Virus record (IMG/VR): IMGVR_UViG_3300045988_137242
Length of the DNA: 64,000 bases
Origin: a virus
Direction: 5' to 3' (one strand)
The notes beneath the pieces are model-generated. The model saw only the letters and a list, made by a program, of their open reading frames with translations, did not search any database and was not told the origin of the DNA. Both the position numbers and the translations under genes were made by a program. Positions 41,745-49,793 of the stretch are shown piece after piece. The first letter of the stretch is position 1; the number at the start of each line of letters is the position of its first letter.

Positions 41745-41837
41745 ATCTTTTACTTTTTATTTAAATGGGTCAGGACAGGACAAACATACCCACTCCCGAC
41801 CCAGCAATCTTATATTACCACTCTCTTAGACCATAAC

Positions 41838-42986
41838 TTACTTAGCGTTATTCCACAATGTTGTGATATCAGTATCTGTAAGATCTGTAAACTCACTGGA
41901 ATCAACCTTACCATCTATAGTGTCCTGCATAGCATTAAGGGATTCACAGAGTACCTTATTCTGCAAAGGATTTGTAGAAGTAGGATTTAATACAGAATCT
42001 ACAACAGTTTTATTAGCACCTGCAGCTATACCATCAAGTTTTGTTTTATCAGTACTTGACATCAAACCATTATTACTTGTAGTAGCTACACCATAAGTAG
42101 TGTTGCTATCTGTCCAAGGAACGTTCACAAATGCACGACCGTTATAGAATAGTTCTACAGGGTATAATCTATCACTTTTTGCAGTAGTAGAATGAAAACC
42201 ACTTATAACAGTATCTTGAGTTTTTGCATCAAATGATATAGGAGTACCAATACTTTTTGCCCTAACACCTCCAAGAGCACCTTCTGTAGCTGTTGGCAAA
42301 GAATATTTGTTGGCTCCCGCAGTTATGCCATCCAACTTGGTTTTATATGCTGCCGTAAAGTCATTTGTACTCAAATCCTTACCACTCACCTTATCCACCT
42401 TGTTGTTCAAGGCTGCCTGTGTAGCTGTAGATATAGGCTTGTTAGCGTCACTGGTATTATCTACATTACCAAGACCTACTGCACTCTTCGACAACTCCGT
42501 CTTCTTAACATAAGGTGACAAGTCTACATTTGCCTTCCACTCACCAAGCTGCTCCCAATAGTAGACAAGACCTGCCTGACCAGAAGGAAGGGGTTCATTT
42601 TTCGACAGTCTGACATACTCCTTGTAAACATTGTCTGTTCCACTTGCAGTACTCTTTACAAGATAAATCCTGCCGCCTTTAGCAGTAGAGGCATCTGGAA
42701 GTGTAGTCACAACCTCACACAACGTTGTATCAATACCAAGATCCCCAAGAGTAAGATTACCACTACCTGTAAGACTCTTACCATTGATGGTCTTTACGGA
42801 AGCCACTTTCTTCTGAGCCTCTGCCAAAGCTCCTGCTGCTGCAGTAACAGCATTATCTGCTGTCTTCTGGGCATTGGCTGCATTGGTCTTTGCTGTATTA
42901 GCTGTACTCTGGGCTGTATTAATTGAGCCCTTTACAAGTGAAGCAAATTTGCTCAAATTGTCTTTTGAAATATATTCTCTTGCCAT
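41838..42986 (-). CDS. tail fibre / receptor-binding protein
   Basis: 382 aa. A/N/T-rich N-terminal coiled region, internal repeats KLDGITAGANKY / KLDGIAAGANKT, and C-terminal TDTDITTLW motif shared with neighbours. Confidence 0.6.
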   Translation of the reverse strand: MAREYISKDNLSKFASLVKGSINTAQSTANTAKTNAANAQKTADNAVTAAAGALAEAQKKVASVKTINGKSLTGSGNLTLGDLGIDTTLCEVVTTLPDASTAKGGRIYLVKSTASGTDNVYKEYVRLSKNEPLPSGQAGLVYYWEQLGEWKANVDLSPYVKKTELSKSAVGLGNVDNTSDANKPISTATQAALNNKVDKVSGKDLSTNDFTAAYKTKLDGITAGANKYSLPTATEGALGGVRAKSIGTPISFDAKTQDTVISGFHSTTAKSDRLYPVELFYNGRAFVNVPWTDSNTTYGVATTSNNGLMSSTDKTKLDGIAAGANKTVVDSVLNPTSTNPLQNKVLCESLNAMQDTIDGKVDSSEFTDLTDTDITTLWNNAK

Positions 42987-43031
42987 AATCTAAAAAAATT
43001 AATCCTTGTTTTAATTGTATCTATATTATTT

Positions 43032-43460
43032 TTACTTCGTAATAGCCTCACGCCACAGATTGTCTATATCGGTATCTGCAAGGGCTGTAAGCTCTGCTTC
43101 CTTGACATATTTCTTGTCTGCCTCTGCTGTGGTCTGATAGGAACTCATGTCCACGGTGCCTGCACTGAACTTCTGCCAGCCTTCTGCTTTCTTCCTGTTT
43201 TCCCAATTCTTCAACTGATACAAATCTCCATTGCCTTTGCCATCAGCATCTACTACATACCACAACTGACCTATTGCATCATTGTCTGTATTGTTCTTGG
43301 AAACACTCAACTGCCAGTCATTCAAAGCATACAAGGCTGTGAGATTTGCTACTGTCCTATGACCACTTATCTCATCTGCATATACAACACCATACCCTGT
43401 TTCTGTGGTATTGTTGCTCCTCAGGGTATTTGCCTGCGCTAAACCTTTTCTTGTTGCCAT
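43032..43460 (-). CDS. tail fibre-module protein
   Basis: 142 aa. C-terminal ADTDIDNLW motif. The middle resembles part of the 41838-42986 product. Confidence 0.5.
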   Translation of the reverse strand: MATRKGLAQANTLRSNNTTETGYGVVYADEISGHRTVANLTALYALNDWQLSVSKNNTDNDAIGQLWYVVDADGKGNGDLYQLKNWENRKKAEGWQKFSAGTVDMSSYQTTAEADKKYVKEAELTALADTDIDNLWREAITK

Positions 43461-43490
43461 ATCTTTTTTCCTTTCTTTTTAACGTTCTTA

Positions 43491-44762
43491 TTATGCAAAA
43501 TCCAACTTGGCATTGGTAAATGCTCCCTGCTGCTCACTCGTATATACATTATACTCTATCTGCTTGCCTGTCTCTGGGTCTTTCACTGTCAAGGTCTGGA
43601 AGGTGAATCCTCCATCCAACAGAGGAGTAGCATCATTCATCGTTATCCTTGACAGCTTGCCAAGCTTGCTTGGATATGCATATACGTAATACTGGCTGGC
43701 TGTAGTACTTACTCCTGTCACTACCTTTGACTTGCCACTCTGCTGATAATGGTCTCCCCCCTGACCAAGAGCACTTAGCTTACTCTGCAGACTGCTTACA
43801 GTGAGAGCTGCACCTACTGCTCCCATTACTACCTTATAGTCAAAATGTACCTTCAGTGTAGCTGACTTGCTGTCCATAGCTGTACCATCGGATGCCTTGA
43901 TGCAGCCATCCACAAGAATCAGTCCCTGCTTTGGGGCTTTCACACTGGCAGTAATAACTGTGTCTTCTGTTATATTATCTACTGTTACCTCATCTGACCA
44001 TACTCCTGAAGCTGGCAATGCCTTGCTTGCCCAGTTACCACCATTAACTGCCGTTGGATCCTTATAACCCTCTGTCTTCTTCCACATATAACTGCCTGAG
44101 AAGGTTACTGTATAGCCATACAAGGTGTTGAGATTCCCTATACCTGAAGATGTCTGTACATTCTTGCCGTCTGCTGTCTTCACTGTCCAAGGGGATGATA
44201 TTCCTCCTGATTCTGATAATGACTTCTTACCTATTGTCACTCCTACCAAAGGCAAATCTCCATCCATGATTGCCTTGATGTCCTTGGCATTCTTGGCTCC
44301 CTTGTCTCCTGCATAGGCTGTAGAAGAGGTCTCTCCCAATGATACACCGCCTGAGCTTATTTCCACCAGCTCTGTACCACCCCAACGGTAGGTCTTGTTG
44401 GTATTTATATCTACAAATATCTTACCTCCATAAGGATTACCGTTCAGCTCCTGATAGTTCTCCCTCGTTCCCCAGTTATTGTAGTAGGTCTTTGCTTGGG
44501 TAAGACCCGTCTGAGCTGCAAAACACTTCTTGGCTCTTACATATACTACAGTATATACTGTACTGCCACCAAAGCTGGATGTCTGAATAGTAGCATCGTC
44601 TACAAAGCCTTCAAACTCTACTATATCATCTACATAACTTGGTAGCTTGTCTGCTGGTATCATACCATTCTCATCCAAACTTACCTTCTTGTCAAGCTCT
44701 GGCTTGATCTTATTGGCTATGAGATGCCTCAAACCTGTCTCATCTAAAAACTTTTTCTCCAT
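43491..44762 (-). CDS. tail fibre / receptor-binding protein (paralog of 44786-45289 at the N-terminus)
   Basis: 423 aa. The N-terminal ~85 aa (FLDETGLRHLIANKIKPELDKKVSLDENGMIPADKLP ... YTVVYVRAKKCFAAQ) align with the neighbouring gene. Confidence 0.6.
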   Translation of the reverse strand: MEKKFLDETGLRHLIANKIKPELDKKVSLDENGMIPADKLPSYVDDIVEFEGFVDDATIQTSSFGGSTVYTVVYVRAKKCFAAQTGLTQAKTYYNNWGTRENYQELNGNPYGGKIFVDINTNKTYRWGGTELVEISSGGVSLGETSSTAYAGDKGAKNAKDIKAIMDGDLPLVGVTIGKKSLSESGGISSPWTVKTADGKNVQTSSGIGNLNTLYGYTVTFSGSYMWKKTEGYKDPTAVNGGNWASKALPASGVWSDEVTVDNITEDTVITASVKAPKQGLILVDGCIKASDGTAMDSKSATLKVHFDYKVVMGAVGAALTVSSLQSKLSALGQGGDHYQQSGKSKVVTGVSTTASQYYVYAYPSKLGKLSRITMNDATPLLDGGFTFQTLTVKDPETGKQIEYNVYTSEQQGAFTNAKLDFA

Positions 44763-44785
44763 ATTGATAATAATTTATATAATGT

Positions 44786-45289
44786 TTACTCATTTATATT
44801 CCATATCTCATCTATCTTGCTGTCAGCAATACTGCCTACATTGCCTCCTGTAGAAGATACTTCTACCAAATCACTGCCACTCCACCTGTAGCTCTTCTGT
44901 GTTGTCTTGTCTACAAAGATCTTGTTGGAGTGGGGAACTGGCTGCTGAGCATCATCATTCTGATACTTTGCATATGTCTCCCATACATTGTAATACAATG
45001 GAGGTTTTGAAACAGATACTCCTCCACTTGCCTGCGGCACCTGAGCTGCAAAATACTTCTTTGCCTTCACATATACTACTGTATAGTTGGAGGCTGTGGT
45101 ACCCACCTGTTGTATCTCAGCATCATCCACAAAGCCATCAAACTCAACCATCTCCATACTATTACCAGGAATGAGTTCTGAAGGTATCATGCCATTCTCA
45201 TCAAGCTCTACCTTATTTCCTAAAGCTGCCTTGATCTTCTTTACAAGATAGTCAAGTCCAATCTCATCTAAAAATCTTGAATTTTCCAT
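44786..45289 (-). CDS. tail fibre-module protein (N-terminal paralog of 43491-44762)
   Basis: 167 aa. FLDEIGLDYLVKKIKAALGNKVELDENGMIPSELIP ... YTVVYVKAKKYFAAQ, with C-terminal SKIDEIW. Confidence 0.55.
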   Translation of the reverse strand: MENSRFLDEIGLDYLVKKIKAALGNKVELDENGMIPSELIPGNSMEMVEFDGFVDDAEIQQVGTTASNYTVVYVKAKKYFAAQVPQASGGVSVSKPPLYYNVWETYAKYQNDDAQQPVPHSNKIFVDKTTQKSYRWSGSDLVEVSSTGGNVGSIADSKIDEIWNINE

Positions 45290-45305
45290 ATCTTTTTTCG
45301 TTTAC

Positions 45306-45668
45306 TTAGTTTCTTTCCCATATATCGGCTATATCACTGTTCTCTATCTTTGACACACTGCTTCCTTGGGAGATAATGTCTTGTATCATCTTCTCAAGTT
45401 CCTGAGTCTTGCCTTTTAAAGTTTGGATGTCCTTGAACGCTTGTTCTATTTCTAATATCGTATCTGAAGGAATCCCCGTGGCTGCCTCAATAAGCTTTAG
45501 TAAAGATGGGCTAAGCTTTTCAGCCGTTACCGACCCCTTAGCTATCTTGCCAGTAGTCACCGAAGCGTCAGCCAACCTATCCGTAGTGATAGCGGACTTA
45601 TCAATATCGTCCGTCTTAATCAGCGGCACCATAGTACCGAGTTTAACATCTTGTTTATATGTAGGCAT
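45306..45668 (-). CDS. tail fibre/collar protein with short fibre repeats
   Basis: 120 aa. Repeats ITTDRLADASVTTGKIAKGSVTAEKL, a coiled-coil segment, and C-terminal SDIADIW. Confidence 0.5.
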   Translation of the reverse strand: MPTYKQDVKLGTMVPLIKTDDIDKSAITTDRLADASVTTGKIAKGSVTAEKLSPSLLKLIEAATGIPSDTILEIEQAFKDIQTLKGKTQELEKMIQDIISQGSSVSKIENSDIADIWERN

Positions 45669-45933
45669 ATCTGATAAGTTTAGGTTCAGAGGAAGTAAAA
45701 ATGCGAATAGTAGAAGCTGGTGCGTTTAGCTGCATGCGCAGATGGAAAACCGTAGCGTTCCTGTGCTTCTTCATGGGAACCATAGGGAACTCGCCGTTTC
45801 GGTTCTTCTGTCTGATAACCACCTTGCCCGGTGTCTTCAGTTCAATCATGAGATAGAAGTTGCGTTGTTCCGTAATATCGGGAGAGACCCACGCCTTTTC
45901 CGTATTGCTGTATGTTGCAGAAATATTCTTCAT
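45655..45933 (-). CDS. hypothetical virion protein
   Basis: 92 aa from the internal Met (MKNISATYS...), which abuts the upstream stop at 45935. The longer listed ORF overlaps the upstream gene. Confidence 0.45.
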   Translation of the reverse strand: MKNISATYSNTEKAWVSPDITEQRNFYLMIELKTPGKVVIRQKNRNGEFPMVPMKKHRNATVFHLRMQLNAPASTIRIFTSSEPKLIRYAYI

Positions 45934-45934
45934 A

Positions 45935-46618
45935 TCACTTCGCTGTTTGGTTAACGCCCAGTTGCTGCAGGGCAATAGAATACATTTGTGTAGCCTTGGT
46001 ATCATCATAGGCAGACAGGAGCAGGAATGCGATATAATAGATGAGGGCATTTCTGAAAGTGTCAGAAATGTTGACCACCTCTTTCTCGTTTTCATCCTCA
46101 GAAATCTGCGTAGGCACACCGACATAAGACACCGTGACAATCCTGTCTTCGGGAACCGGTTGTACGAGAAGTTTCAGAGGCGATACACGCATGATAGCCG
46201 CAAGCGGTCTGTCGGCAGTCCCCTTAGACGACTCGTCAAACATAAGCAGTTCCTCATCATCAGTATCTTCCATCGGGACGACCCCCTTGTGCCAGCCCCT
46301 TGCCCTAACACGGTTGATGTTAAAGACAGCGATGTTGGAAGGCATAGAGATAATGCCGATGTCGGGATAGTTCTCGTACAGCTCCACCGAAATATCAGTA
46401 GACACCGACACCGAGCTTGCCGCCTTAGTATCAGAAGACCCAGACAAGACAGACGAAGCCGTGGCAGTGATAGCAATCCAGTGGAGAGCGTCAGGGATTT
46501 TTGCCTTTATGATATTATCCATATAGGCATCCTCCTTGTCGTCAATGATGGCAGAAGAGTTGTTCGACTCCTCGTCAACGCACCATCTAACAGCCTTAAT
46601 TATTTCCTCTACGCTCAT
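45935..46618 (-). CDS. virion protein (adaptor/connector-size)
   Basis: 227-aa ORF between the capsid gene and the fibres. Function inferred only from position. Confidence 0.45.
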   Translation of the reverse strand: MSVEEIIKAVRWCVDEESNNSSAIIDDKEDAYMDNIIKAKIPDALHWIAITATASSVLSGSSDTKAASSVSVSTDISVELYENYPDIGIISMPSNIAVFNINRVRARGWHKGVVPMEDTDDEELLMFDESSKGTADRPLAAIMRVSPLKLLVQPVPEDRIVTVSYVGVPTQISEDENEKEVVNISDTFRNALIYYIAFLLLSAYDDTKATQMYSIALQQLGVNQTAK

Positions 46619-46638
46619 GATACCACAGATAAAAAAGG

Positions 46639-47082
46639 TTACTCGTCAAAATCCGGGAATATAAGCCCAGCCTTAGAAGCATGCTTCAAAGCTGTGGGGA
46701 GAGTCTTGCACTCCTTATCGAAGCGGTCGTTAATGTACGCAATGACTTCATCAGAAGTGTGTATATTCCTAACCTCCTCCTTCTTCGGCTGTTTAGGAGC
46801 GGCAGGAGTAGGAACAGAAACAGAGTTAGTTTCATTCTCACGTTCCGCTTTCTCGCCCGGGAACTCCTCCTGTTCGTGTTCTATAACCACCGTTTCCCCC
46901 TTAAAGAGCAAGCTATCCTCCAACAGCTCTTGGAAATAGCGACCCCTCAGCGTGAGAGTAGGGTATTTGTTGATATTGATATTACCGTCAGTGAAGTTAA
47001 AGCGCACCTCATTACCCTGCTTGCCATACAGCAGATAGCTGACATTGTTACGATGAACCCTTGCTTTATATGTTTTAATCAT
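46639..47082 (-). CDS. hypothetical virion protein
   Basis: 147-aa ORF directly downstream of the capsid gene. Confidence 0.45.
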   Translation of the reverse strand: MIKTYKARVHRNNVSYLLYGKQGNEVRFNFTDGNININKYPTLTLRGRYFQELLEDSLLFKGETVVIEHEQEEFPGEKAERENETNSVSVPTPAAPKQPKKEEVRNIHTSDEVIAYINDRFDKECKTLPTALKHASKAGLIFPDFDE

Positions 47083-47156
47083 ATTCTTATACTTTCTTTT
47101 TAAATGGGCAGGACTGAAACATCCTGCCCGTTGATAGCTTATTTATGAAACGTCAG

Positions 47157-48833
47157 TTACGCAGCTGTATCCTGTCCGGTGTATACAGTCCAAGCGGTGC
47201 CAGTGTAGTAGTAGACAGAACCCTTCTCGTAAGTGGTCTCACCAACCTTATAGTCCTGTGTGAGAGCCACCTTCATGCCCTTAGACGGAGTGTCCGGCAG
47301 TTTCGGTGCAGAGATGATGGTGCCGAGTGATTCGGTAGCAATCTGTGCAATCTTAGAAGCCGGTCCGACGAGGATAGAGTTGTAGCCACGGAGAGCCACG
47401 GAGTCAGCCTCCTGATGGATCCAACGCTTAGCGTCACGCACTTCTCCACCACCCTTCGACATATCGTTGGTCTGTTCCTTTTTGCCGATTTTGACATAAC
47501 GGCGAGAAGCCTTCGGGTCGAAGATAACCATGAAGTCCGACATGCCCAAGAGGTCGAGCGTCTGCGCCCATACGAAATCGATGGAACCGAAAGTGTCCTT
47601 GAAACGCTTGAAGGTAAGGTCAAACTCATTATGGTTGATGAAGTCATTCTGATGACTACCCTCAAGTTTGACATTTTCAAGACGCTCGATAGCGTTCTTT
47701 CCGCAGAATGCGAAGCATCGGTCGTTTTCCGAGAATTCGGTAAACTGGAGCTTAGAGAGAGCGACAAAGTCTCCGAGAGTGTAAGTGTCGCCGATAGCAT
47801 ACGTATTGGTGAGCTGATTGATGATACCCTCCGAAGTGTAGACATCCTCAATCTGTCCGTCGCCAGTTTCCGCCTTGAATCGAGACTTACAACCCAAAAG
47901 GTAAGTACGTTCCGCACGAAGGTTGTACTTGATAATAGCGTCAGTTTTGAGGTCAGCCACTGTGATAGGCTGTTCCTTCTTCACCTTCTCGTAGTCGTCG
48001 GTAAACACGATGTTCAGAAGTTTCTTCTGTACATACACCTTTTTCTCTCTTGGCTGGAAGTTCTCAGGAGTGATAGTAAGCTGAGACTCCGAAGCCGCCG
48101 AAGCCGCAGCGAGCAGCGTAGTACCGACAGGAATAGCAGGACACGTCATATTGTCAAGATTCTCCCTTGTGTCGCCCTCGTTCTTCGGCTGACCATTGAC
48201 AGCCTGCATGACAGCCTTCTTGCCGTTAGCCTCAATGACGTAGAGCATAAGAGTACCCTCTTTCTTGGTTTTGGAACCCTCCGCATAACCAGCGACACCT
48301 GAAGCAATCACCGTAGTACCCTTATAGAAAGGACGGATAGAGCCAGAGAAGTTAGTGGAATTAATCTCCACTGTATCGCCTGTAGGAATCTCGGTAGTAA
48401 CCTGTCCGTCGAGCGTCTCACCGCCGACACGCTGATGCGACACCTCCCAGTTCTTGATGTTCACCGTCTTTGCCATCTGACGGACGATAGAGAGGATAGG
48501 AGTCTTGAACGGATAGAACTTCACAATCTCGCTATCCCACTCCTTTTCGAGCAGTCCACCTTCACGAAGCTGAGTACTTGAAGCCTGCGAGCCAGTAAGG
48601 TCCTGACCATCCTTTTTACCACCAGGGCTAAGACGGTCGCTTGTGTTAGCATCAACAGGCTCCTTAGCGTCAACCGTCTCCTTGGAAGCCGGTTCGGGAC
48701 CCTCGTCACCAATCTGCGGTTCGAAAGTATCAGCTACAGCCATAACACCGCCGCCAGTCACGACAGCGAGAAGCATCAGAATCATCTTGCAGACGAACTG
48801 AGCATAATGGGAAAAAATAATATTCTTCTTCAT
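47157..48833 (-). CDS. major capsid protein candidate
   Basis: 558 aa. It immediately follows a scaffold-like gene and faces the portal gene. Its size and position are typical of HK97-fold capsid proteins. An alternative start is at 48743 (MAVADTF...). Confidence 0.55.
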   Translation of the reverse strand: MKKNIIFSHYAQFVCKMILMLLAVVTGGGVMAVADTFEPQIGDEGPEPASKETVDAKEPVDANTSDRLSPGGKKDGQDLTGSQASSTQLREGGLLEKEWDSEIVKFYPFKTPILSIVRQMAKTVNIKNWEVSHQRVGGETLDGQVTTEIPTGDTVEINSTNFSGSIRPFYKGTTVIASGVAGYAEGSKTKKEGTLMLYVIEANGKKAVMQAVNGQPKNEGDTRENLDNMTCPAIPVGTTLLAAASAASESQLTITPENFQPREKKVYVQKKLLNIVFTDDYEKVKKEQPITVADLKTDAIIKYNLRAERTYLLGCKSRFKAETGDGQIEDVYTSEGIINQLTNTYAIGDTYTLGDFVALSKLQFTEFSENDRCFAFCGKNAIERLENVKLEGSHQNDFINHNEFDLTFKRFKDTFGSIDFVWAQTLDLLGMSDFMVIFDPKASRRYVKIGKKEQTNDMSKGGGEVRDAKRWIHQEADSVALRGYNSILVGPASKIAQIATESLGTIISAPKLPDTPSKGMKVALTQDYKVGETTYEKGSVYYYTGTAWTVYTGQDTAA

Positions 48834-48859
48834 CTTGTTTTGTATATATATTAAAAAAA

Positions 48860-49636
48860 TTAGTTACTGCGAATGCCGTCAAAGAAACTCTCCCTCTTGC
48901 GTTTCGGTGCAGCCGGAGCATTACCGGCACCACTCGTAGAAAGCGAAGGTGGAATACCCTCAGAGGCAGAAGAGCGGATATTATTCTGAATCTTCTCGTT
49001 GCGAGCCTTCATTGCCGCCTCCTCACGAGCCGAAGAAATATCAGAATCATAGTTGTAGGCGTTCATGAAAAGCTTCCAAGTGTCGGTGGAGATATTGCCA
49101 TCCTCGGCATCACCGATAACTCCCCACACCTTAGCGTAGAGGTCGTTCGCCTCCTCGTCAGACAATCCAAGCTTATCAAGAGCCTCACGAGACTTCTGGA
49201 GATTATTCATCAGCTCCTCACTATGCTTCTCCTGTTCCGCAACCTTCTCCTGATATGCGGTAATCTGTTCCGCCACCTTCTTGCCCAGCTTCTCATCTTC
49301 GAGAGCCGCCTTGATGTCGATGCCCTGCGAAGCCATCCACTCAAACGGATGCATACCCTTACGAGTAGAGTCGAGTACCATAGCGGCGAGCCACTTGTTG
49401 TTGTCAAGCATCTTGCTGAGTGCCGCACCGCTCTCCTCGTATTTTCCAAGAGCGTCAGCATCATCATTCATCGCAGCATAGCGAGCCTCCTTATCCTCGA
49501 AGTCAACATCAGAATGACGCTTAGCGAACCGCTTGGAAAAAGCCGTTCTGTTAGGTCGTTCATCGACGGTCTCGGCAGGATTAGCCTGCTGTGCAGCCGC
49601 TTCATTATCCATTTGCTTTAAATCTGTTTTTGCCAT
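48860..49636 (-). CDS. scaffolding protein candidate
   Basis: 258 aa from MAKTDLKQMDNE.... Acidic and helical (EEKLGKKVAEQITAYQEKVAEQEKHSEELMNNLQK). Located between the portal and capsid genes. Confidence 0.5.
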   Translation of the reverse strand: MAKTDLKQMDNEAAAQQANPAETVDERPNRTAFSKRFAKRHSDVDFEDKEARYAAMNDDADALGKYEESGAALSKMLDNNKWLAAMVLDSTRKGMHPFEWMASQGIDIKAALEDEKLGKKVAEQITAYQEKVAEQEKHSEELMNNLQKSREALDKLGLSDEEANDLYAKVWGVIGDAEDGNISTDTWKLFMNAYNYDSDISSAREEAAMKARNEKIQNNIRSSASEGIPPSLSTSGAGNAPAAPKRKRESFFDGIRSN

Positions 49637-49753
49637 ATTCAAATGCGTTAAAACTTTTCGGCAAAGATGCAAATAACCAAAAGGCGAATTGCCGTATTCC
49701 AATCACGAACAAAGCGGCGGTTGGAATACGACAAAGAAGGGTTTGTTTCTCCC

Positions 49754-49761
49754 TATTTTTG
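49754..49761 (+). promoter_or_regulatory. candidate -7 box TATTTTTG for the portal-terminase operon
   Basis: Matches TAnnTTTG, 33 nt upstream of 49794. Confidence 0.4.
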
Positions 49762-49793
49762 CGCATATAATATAACAATGTGTAAGGAAAAAT

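Noticed and set aside
41838-45668. Diversity-generating retroelement or retron associated with the fibre genes or non-coding regions.
   Set aside because: No reverse transcriptase-like ORF (no YxDD-type motif seen) occurs anywhere in the window, and no near-identical template/variable repeat pair was noticed.
45860-46939. 359-aa plus-strand ORF across the connector genes.
   Set aside because: It is antisense to three tightly packed minus-strand structural genes. It is R/S/H-rich and low complexity, with no start context or motifs.
47273-48302. ORFs 47415-48302 (+, 295 aa) and 47273-47917 (-, 214 aa, alternate frame) within the capsid gene.
   Set aside because: They overlap the 558-aa capsid candidate, are S/R/L-rich, and have no independent support.
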